Part shown: piece by piece, positions 50,741 through 57,373 of the stretch
Numbering within the stretch: the stretch's first letter is position 1
Layout: each line of letters starts with the position of its first letter
From: an uncultured Atribacterota bacterium
GTDB taxonomy: Bacteria > Atribacterota > Phoenicimicrobiia > Phoenicimicrobiales > Stramentimicrobiaceae
Assembly: GCA_964525625.1 (NCBI GenBank)
Contig: CAZGKY010000001.1
Location: forward strand, 1-57,373
DNA length: 57,373 bases
Direction: 5' to 3'
Translations under genes and position numbers: made by a program
Notes under the pieces: model-generated
Database searches by the model: none
The model's input: the letters and a program-made list of their open reading frames with translations, nothing else
Told to the model about the DNA's origin: nothing

Positions 50741-50961
50741 GAAAATAATAAGTAACATTTTGATAATATAAATAATAAAAGATTTATGATAAAATGAGCA
50801 GATAAATTAAATTAGTTTAGAATATCTTAACAAAAATCCTCAAAGCAATATTTTTCATTATTAACAATCAAATATAAAAATACCAAAGAAAGCAATAGAA
50901 GGTAAAAAATATTTCACCTAGTATTTTTTTAACCATAATGGCCACCTTCTTAGAAACTGGC

Positions 50962-51177
50962 AATGTTTAAATATATTGACTTATTAGGAAAAAGATTAAG
51001 AAAAACTACAAGATAATTTTTACACCTAATCTCTAAGGTAAGAAGTTGAGTAACCAGAGAAATATTTTAGTCCAGTAAAATTTAAGGAAGAATAGCCTAA
51101 CAAAAGATAAACAAGAAAGAGTCCAATCTCTTGGAGAGGTTTGAAGCTACCTGCTATGCAGGAGAGCAGCTTACTTG
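50962..51177. repeat. ~215-bp internally deleted derivative of the IS relic found at 53332-54314
   Basis: 50962-51000 matches 53332-53371 (aatgtttaaata..tattaggaaaaagattaag). 51106-51177 matches 54230-54314 (cctaaca..aaacaagaaa..caatct.ttggagagg..cttacttg). Confidence 0.55.
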
Positions 51178-51363
51178 ATTATATAAATAATCCTTCTCTT
51201 AATACATATAAATATAATAAATAATAAGCATTTAAATAACACTATAAGATAATAAATTTCTTAAATTAACTATTTTAGAAAAACACTTTATTTTAAAAGA
51301 GTAAGGGAAAATTTTTAATAAGAAGATATATTGAGAGATATTTAAGCGAAAAAGGACAAAAAA

Positions 51364-52797
51364 ATGACCGAAGATAAATTCCAAGAACATGGGATAGAAG
51401 AAGATACTATTGTAGCTATTTCCACACCGATAGGTATGGGTGGTATTGGCATTATCAGAATGAGTGGTCCACGTTCCATTGAAATTGCGAGCAAGATATT
51501 TCGTTATCAGGGAAAAAAGAAAAAAGATCCTTGTGACTTCCAAAGTCATCGTATTTATTATGGAACCATTGTTTACCCAGAGCAAGAAATAATGGTAGAT
51601 GAGGTTCTATTAACTGTTATGCGCAAACCAAAAACATATACCAGAGAGGATATAGTGGAAATTAACTGTCACGGAGGTTACTTGGTGGTGAATAAAGTTT
51701 TAGAAATTGCACAAAAGATGGGGGCTAGAATTGCTGAACCTGGGGAATTTACTAAAATAGCCTTCTTAAATGGTAGAATAGATCTTAGTCAAGCTGAAGC
51801 AGTTATTGATCTTATAAAATCTTCTAATGAGAAGAATATGAATTCTTCCCTCTTTCATCTTTCGGGTGGTCTTAAAGAAAAAATACTTCACTTAAAAAAT
51901 AAAATTATTGATTTAAACAGCAGGATTGAAGTGTCACTAGATTTTTCAGATCAGGGCATTACTGAATTAGAAATTACGAAGATTATAAAAATCCTGAAAG
52001 AATGTCAAGGAGAGATAAATGAATTATTAGATACTGTAAAATATGGACAGCTTATTAAAGAAGGAATTAATACTTTAATTCTGGGTAAAGCTAATGTGGG
52101 TAAATCGAGCCTGTTTAATATGTTAATAAAGAAAAATAAATCTATAGTAACTTCTTTACCCGGAACTACTAGGGATTTAATCGAGGGATCTATAAATATT
52201 AAGGGGTTTACTTTTAATCTAATTGATACAGCAGGATTAAAAGATCCAGAAAATATTATAGAGAAAGTAAGTTTAAAGAAAGTGAGCGATTATATGGAGT
52301 TTGCTCAAATTTTCTTGGTTCTTTTTGATTATAGTAGACCATTTGATTCCCATGATATTAAGCTTATTGAAAAAATTAAAAAATTCGATAATCGTAATAT
52401 AGAAAAAATAATTATATTGAATAAAATTGATCTTCCCAAAAAACTTGAAGAATCAGAATTACAAAAGAGATTTGGGCACCATAAATTGATTAGAATTTCA
52501 TTAAAGAAAAAGGTTGGTGTTGACCTATTAGTAGAAGAGATGGTAAATAAGGTTCTTTCTGATATTAGTATCCCGCAAGAAGGATTGATAATAAGCAATA
52601 AAAGACATCTGGAATATCTGCTGAAAGTAAAAGATTGTCTAGATAGTCTAATAACTAGTTTAGAAGAGGGGATTCAGATTGATTTTATAGCAATGGACTT
52701 AAAGTATATTGTTAATCAATTAGCTTATATTACTGGAGAATCATATGATGAAGAAATGCTTAACCGTATATTTTCTCAATTTTGTATTGGTAAATAA
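51364..52797 (+). CDS. mnmE: tRNA modification GTPase MnmE
   Basis: 477 aa with DTIVAISTP, the G-domain GKANVGKSSLFN and DTAG, and the C-terminal CIGK tetrapeptide. Confidence 0.95.
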   Translation: MTEDKFQEHGIEEDTIVAISTPIGMGGIGIIRMSGPRSIEIASKIFRYQGKKKKDPCDFQSHRIYYGTIVYPEQEIMVDEVLLTVMRKPKTYTREDIVEINCHGGYLVVNKVLEIAQKMGARIAEPGEFTKIAFLNGRIDLSQAEAVIDLIKSSNEKNMNSSLFHLSGGLKEKILHLKNKIIDLNSRIEVSLDFSDQGITELEITKIIKILKECQGEINELLDTVKYGQLIKEGINTLILGKANVGKSSLFNMLIKKNKSIVTSLPGTTRDLIEGSINIKGFTFNLIDTAGLKDPENIIEKVSLKKVSDYMEFAQIFLVLFDYSRPFDSHDIKLIEKIKKFDNRNIEKIIILNKIDLPKKLEESELQKRFGHHKLIRISLKKKVGVDLLVEEMVNKVLSDISIPQEGLIISNKRHLEYLLKVKDCLDSLITSLEEGIQIDFIAMDLKYIVNQLAYITGESYDEEMLNRIFSQFCIGK

Positions 52798-52937
52798 ATT
52801 AGAACAAATATTATAGTAATATTAATTTCTATTTCCATATTATATTTGAACAATCTCTTAAATAATTTTTGGTTAGCGATATTTCTCTCTGTTAACAAAA
52901 TGCTCTACTGTTCAATCAGTTTTTTTAGTTGTTTAGA

Positions 52938-52953
52938 AGTTCCACGTGGAACA
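52938..52953. promoter_or_regulatory. parS centromere-like site
   Basis: AGTTCCACGTGGAACA. 15 of 16 positions match the palindrome TGTTCCACGTGGAACA (Bacillus-type parS is TGTTNCACGTGAAACA). Confidence 0.8.
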
Positions 52954-53331
52954 TAAATTATAAGATGTTTATACAATATACCCTCAACTTGTTATAAAAA
53001 CCTTAGACAATTTTCTAAAAATAGATAAGCCAGAGTAGGCATCTGATTCATATTACATTATTCTTGCTTCACTTGGCTAAAATATGGGTTTTCTCAGTAG
53101 ACATTAATAGGTGAATATATTCTGCTTAACAGATCTATTGTTTCAGAATAACAAACAGGTGTGGCTGGTATGAATATGATTCCATACTAAAGCCCATTCT
53201 CTCCCAAAAATTTGAGACTATTGGCAGAATAGTATAACAAAGGAAGACAATCATTAGGTAAAATGGTAAACTCTTTCTTAGTATAGAGATAGATATCTAA
53301 ATATTTTGTTATAATTTATATTAGAAGGCGT

Positions 53332-54314
53332 AATGTTTAAATAAATTAAAGTATTAGGAAAAAGATTAAGCAAATATATATAGAACAATTGTAATGCTCC
53401 CTCTTAAATGAACAATTTTTAAGTTAGCACTTGCTCTTTATTTTTACTATGTCTTGATAATATTGACCATGAGCCCGCTAACCTGGTCCATGATGCGTAT
53501 AGTACTGGTTACAGTTATCGATCTACTTATCTTATGCTCTTTGAAAATCAATAGGATGATCCCGGTCCTATGGCCAAATAAGGTCTTCCTTTAAGGTTCT
53601 GATCACTCTTTCTATATCGGCATTTCCCTTTGGGATTGGACTAGCTGGTAAAGATCTGTTTATTGCCCAGAACCGAACAGGCCTTCAGATAAGAAAGAGA
53701 TGTTGGCTGATAGCCGTTATCACTGACTAGAAAAAGCAATTCTATCAAATTGTCTTCCATTCCTTTAGAAAAACATTTAGCAACTACCTCCTCTCATGCT
53801 TCTTGCCAGTCTTTGCTTTTAGACTGTAAGCTTAAATGATTGCCAATGCTCTTCTTAGGATACCAGCCTAAGACAACTATCAGGTAGTACCATTCCCAGA
53901 GGCTCAACTCTACCTTGGTCAGGTCCGTACCTCAGACCTGATTGGGGTAGATAGCCTTGAACTTGGGATAAGAATTCTTACCTTGGGCCAGGTACCTCCT
54001 CTGGGTGACCAACAGATCGTTCTCTTGTCTTAGCCGCTAAACACAACTCTGTTTGACTGGTATGCCCTGCCGAAAGTAGAGATAAGCCCAGTTTCTGTGG
54101 CACCTCATAAGGGATAGTCGGTCTTTTGTTAAAGGGGAGCAGTATAGAATTTTGCACCTGTTCTCTAAAATAAGGAAGTAGTAACAACCAGAAAAATGTT
54201 GTAATCCAATAGAATTTCAGGAAAAAGAACCTAACAGAAAGCAAACAAGAAAAGAAGGCAATCTATTGGAGAGGATTTTAAAGCCACCTGATTTGTGAGT
54301 GCATTGCTTACTTG
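53332..54314 (-). pseudogene. IS3-type (rve) transposase relic occupying the position where mnmG is normally found
   Basis: Minus frames read PNQV*GTDLTKV..., ...LVSDNGYQPTS... and GNADIERVIRTLKEDLIW, with stops and frameshifts. Confidence 0.6.
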
Positions 54315-54494
54315 TGAAAAAACTGTGGAAAAATAAATAATGGAATAAAATAATTAATTGGAGATAAAATATTAAGAGATTATTGTAAAGAGATATCTAG
54401 AAATATTTGTAGAGTCACTATTATAAAAAGCTTAATAAATAATATCTTCTATCTTAATAGGCCAAATATCGATAGTTAGAAAATTTATACTTAT

Positions 54495-55319
54495 TTGGGT
54501 AGAATAGATAAAAAGGGGAGTTGTGGAAAAACTGTGGAATATTTAAATTGGGAGAAAGTAAAAGATAGGGAAGAAAATTTAAGTCAATACCTGAAAGTAG
54601 GTGCACTAGCTTTAGGGATAAACCTGAAAGAGGAGATTATTAAAAAATTTATAATTTATTTAAAAATGATAAATTCATATCAAAAAAAGGTAAATATTAC
54701 CTCAGTTCAGGACCCTTTTGCTATTATCAAGAAACATTTTTTGGATTCACTTTCCTGTATCAATATCATAGATAATTTATTTAAAATATTTCCAACTCCA
54801 AAGAATATAAGAGTTATTGACTTAGGCAGTGGTGCAGGCTTTCCTGGGATTCCGGTAAAGATTTGTTTATCTGATATTAAAATGGTTCTATTAGAAGTAA
54901 GACGAAATAGGACCATGTTTTTAAATGATGTTATTAAAAAGTTGGAGCTTACTAATATACATGTGATACAGGATAGGGCTGAAAATATTGGGAAAATGAC
55001 TGCTTTTAGAGAGAAATACCACATTATCTTATCACGAGCTGTTGCCTCTCTCAATGTGCTATGTGAATATTGTCTTCCTTTATGCCAAGTAAATGGTGTC
55101 ATGATTGCCTTTAAAGGTAGCTCTTATTATGCAGAGCTGGAAAACAGTAAGAAGGTAATTGAAGTATTAGGTGGAATTATAGAAAGTATTAATATAATCA
55201 AAATACCTTATTCAGATATTTTTCGCTATATTTTAGTTATTCGTAAAATAAAACCAACTCCAGAGGAATATCCCCGAAGAAATGGTATTCCTCAGAAAAG
55301 ACCTTTGTATTTTGAGTGA
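54495..55319 (+). CDS. rsmG: 16S rRNA (guanine527-N7)-methyltransferase RsmG
   Basis: SAM-binding motif VIDLGSGAGFPGIP and HFLDSL. The start is uncertain (TTG 54495 has no RBS; GTG 54534 is an alternative). DnaA-box-like motifs overlap the 5' end. Confidence 0.88.
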   Translation: MGRIDKKGSCGKTVEYLNWEKVKDREENLSQYLKVGALALGINLKEEIIKKFIIYLKMINSYQKKVNITSVQDPFAIIKKHFLDSLSCINIIDNLFKIFPTPKNIRVIDLGSGAGFPGIPVKICLSDIKMVLLEVRRNRTMFLNDVIKKLELTNIHVIQDRAENIGKMTAFREKYHIILSRAVASLNVLCEYCLPLCQVNGVMIAFKGSSYYAELENSKKVIEVLGGIIESINIIKIPYSDIFRYILVIRKIKPTPEEYPRRNGIPQKRPLYFE

Positions 55320-55487
55320 TTTTTTGATAATATTAGATTACTTCTGATTAAAAAGTTATTTTTTGGAGGAATGAACTGTTTTTAAATAAATTATTTTTAA
55401 AAATAAACAATCGAAGAAGGTGAGAGTTTTTAGAAAAAAGGTAAAGAAGTAAAGAGTGAAGGGCTAAGTTTTAGTAATATAAGGATA

Positions 55488-55503
55488 TGTTCCACGTGGA
55501 ACA
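55488..55503. promoter_or_regulatory. parS centromere-like site (perfect palindrome)
   Basis: TGTTCCACGTGGAACA, 30 nt upstream of parA. Confidence 0.85.
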
Positions 55504-55532
55504 CTGATTTTTTACAAGGGGCAAAATTAATA

Positions 55533-56294
55533 ATGAGTAAAATTATTGCTATCAGTAATCAGAAAGGTGGGGTGGGAAAGACAACCACTGCCATTAATTT
55601 AAGTGCTTTTTTAGCTTTAGAGGGAAAGAAAGTGTTGTTAATTGACATTGATCCTCAGGGGAATGCCAGTAGTGGAATAGGAATAGAGCGCTCAAAGATA
55701 GAAAAAAATATATACGATTGCTTGATAAACCAGGTTCCAGTCCAGGAGGTTCTAGTTCCCAGCCAGATTGAAAATCTTGATGTTTTACCTTCTACGCTAC
55801 AATTAGCGGGAGCTGAAATTGAGTTAGTAAATTATATTTCTCGAGAAAATCGTCTAAAGCAACTTATTCGACCAATTAAAGAGAAGTATGATTATATGAT
55901 TATTGATACACCTCCTTCTCTTGGTTTGCTTACCTTAAATGCTCTTAATGCTGCCCATTCAGTTATTATCCCCGTACAATGTGAATATTATGCTTTAGAA
56001 GGAATTGGACAATTATTAAACACAATAACTCTGGTAAAAGAAAATCTGAATCCTAGCTTATCCATTGAGGGAATTTTATTAACAATGTATGATCCCAGAA
56101 ATAATTTATCTAAAGAAGTGGCTGAGGAGATTGACAAACATTTTCATGGCAGTATTTTTCAAGCAATTATCCCTCGTAATGTACGATTAAGCGAGGCCCC
56201 TAGTTATGGTCAACCAATTGTCCTCTATGAGGCAAAGTCCAGAGGTTCACAAGCTTATCAAAAGTTAGCACAGGAGGTAATTGCTCATGGTTAA
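55533..56294 (+). CDS. parA: Chromosome partitioning ATPase ParA/Soj
   Basis: 253 aa with the deviant Walker A NQKGGVGKTTT, and IDIDPQGN. Confidence 0.95.
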   Translation: MSKIIAISNQKGGVGKTTTAINLSAFLALEGKKVLLIDIDPQGNASSGIGIERSKIEKNIYDCLINQVPVQEVLVPSQIENLDVLPSTLQLAGAEIELVNYISRENRLKQLIRPIKEKYDYMIIDTPPSLGLLTLNALNAAHSVIIPVQCEYYALEGIGQLLNTITLVKENLNPSLSIEGILLTMYDPRNNLSKEVAEEIDKHFHGSIFQAIIPRNVRLSEAPSYGQPIVLYEAKSRGSQAYQKLAQEVIAHG

Positions 56295-57129
56295 AAAAGG
56301 CCTAGGAAAAGGTTTAGAATCGATAATACCAATTTCTAATATAAAGGATCGAACTTATGTAATGGAGGTGGATATCGATCAGTTAACACCTAATCTCTAT
56401 CAGCCAAGACAGGGTTTTGATCAAGAAAAAATGAATGAATTAAAGGAATCGATAAAAGCTCATGGAATTATTCAGCCTATTATTGTCAGGGAAACAGCTC
56501 AAGGTTACGAAGTAGTAGCAGGAGAAAGGAGATTAAAAGCTGCCCGGGAATTGGGTTTGAAAAAAATCCCAGTTATTATTAAACAATTCAATAATCTTAA
56601 AACTTTTGAAGTTGCTTTAGTAGAAAATATACAGAGAGAGGATTTAAATCCCATTGAACAAGCGTTTGCTTTTAAAAGATTGGTTGAGGAATTTAACCTT
56701 ACACATCAAGAGCTGGCAGCAATAACGGGAAAGAGCAGGGCTTTTATCAGTAATACTATACGATTACTTAATTTAGATGATTGGGTTAGAGACAGAGTTG
56801 CTTCAGGTAAAATTAGTTTTGGACATGCTAAAGTCTTGTTAAGTCTAGAAGAGAAACAGGTACAACAGGAATTGGGAGAGAAAATCCTGGAACAAGAATT
56901 GTCAGTAAGAGAATTAGAAAAGTTAATAGAGCGCTGGAGAAAAAAGAAGGATAAAAATATTAGATCTGAAAAAAAGAAAATACAGTACTTTCCTGAATTA
57001 GAAAAGAAACTGATGGCAAAATTTGATACCAAAGTAAATATTAAATTTGGGGGGAAAAGAGGTAAGATTACTATCGAATTCTATAACACTGAGGATTTAA
57101 ATAGAATTTCTGGTCTTATATTAGATTAA
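56281..57129 (+). CDS. parB: Chromosome partitioning protein ParB/Spo0J
   Basis: 282 aa with the ParB box GERRLKAA, IQPIIVR and an HTH (HQELAAITGKSRAFISNTIRLL). Overlaps parA by 14 nt. Confidence 0.95.
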   Translation: MLMVKKGLGKGLESIIPISNIKDRTYVMEVDIDQLTPNLYQPRQGFDQEKMNELKESIKAHGIIQPIIVRETAQGYEVVAGERRLKAARELGLKKIPVIIKQFNNLKTFEVALVENIQREDLNPIEQAFAFKRLVEEFNLTHQELAAITGKSRAFISNTIRLLNLDDWVRDRVASGKISFGHAKVLLSLEEKQVQQELGEKILEQELSVRELEKLIERWRKKKDKNIRSEKKKIQYFPELEKKLMAKFDTKVNIKFGGKRGKITIEFYNTEDLNRISGLILD

Positions 57130-57217
57130 TATTTACATTCTAGAATTTATTTGCTAATTGATTTAATTAGCGATAGCAATAATCAAATAAATATAGTTAG
57201 AGAGGTTTTAGTTTAAT

Positions 57218-57373
57218 ATGAAAGAAAAGGTTTTTAACAATATAATATTTTTTTTACTAATTATTTTTTTATTAATATTTTCTTTGAAATGTTTTTTAAT
57301 ATCTCTTAATATTATCAAATTAGAATATTTAACTAAAATGATAAATAAGAATATGTATTTAATTTATTCTAAT
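57218..57373 (+). CDS. Hypothetical membrane protein, 5' partial (runs off the window)
   Basis: ATG 12 nt after AGAGAGG. MKEKVFNNIIFFLLIIFLLIFSL... is a hydrophobic N-terminus. Confidence 0.3.
   Translation, partial: MKEKVFNNIIFFLLIIFLLIFSLKCFLISLNIIKLEYLTKMINKNMYLIYSN

Overview
Origin-proximal chromosome segment of a low-GC bacterium. The right-hand ~20 kb is the classical oriC neighbourhood. gyrA, gyrB, a DUF721 gene, recF, dnaN and dnaA lie on the minus strand. They diverge across an AT-rich ~1.1 kb gap from rpmH, rnpA, yidD, yidC, jag, mnmE, rsmG, parA and parB on the plus strand. Two perfect parS palindromes are present, and mnmG is missing from its usual slot. The left end carries a RecB-like nuclease, an ECF sigma factor with a membrane partner, a DUF4230 protein, and an aspartate-family operon (hom, an in-frame thrB-lysC fusion, asd). 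That operon sits behind a T-box leader with a textbook antiterminator/terminator but an unusually short stem I. Between these blocks (about 9.5-37.1 kb) is an accessory region full of mobile-element copies and relics: ISNCY-like, IS481, IS200/IS605 x2, ISLre2, IS21, ISL3, IS256 x2, IS91, IS630, IS1182 and IS3. It also holds a nested/tandem group II intron array: an ORF-less class IIC intron invaded by an RT-encoding intron, followed by a second, truncated IIC copy. The array is anchored on an IS200-type hairpin. The same region contains an eroding catabolic cluster: TRAP transporter, MBL lactonase, family III CoA-transferase, a Cys-less Ltp2-like thiolase with DUF35, DhaKL, a VOC protein and an IclR regulator. 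This may encode an undescribed CoA-dependent retro-aldol route for a lactone or hydroxy-acid. No CRISPR array, rRNA or tRNA gene was recognised.
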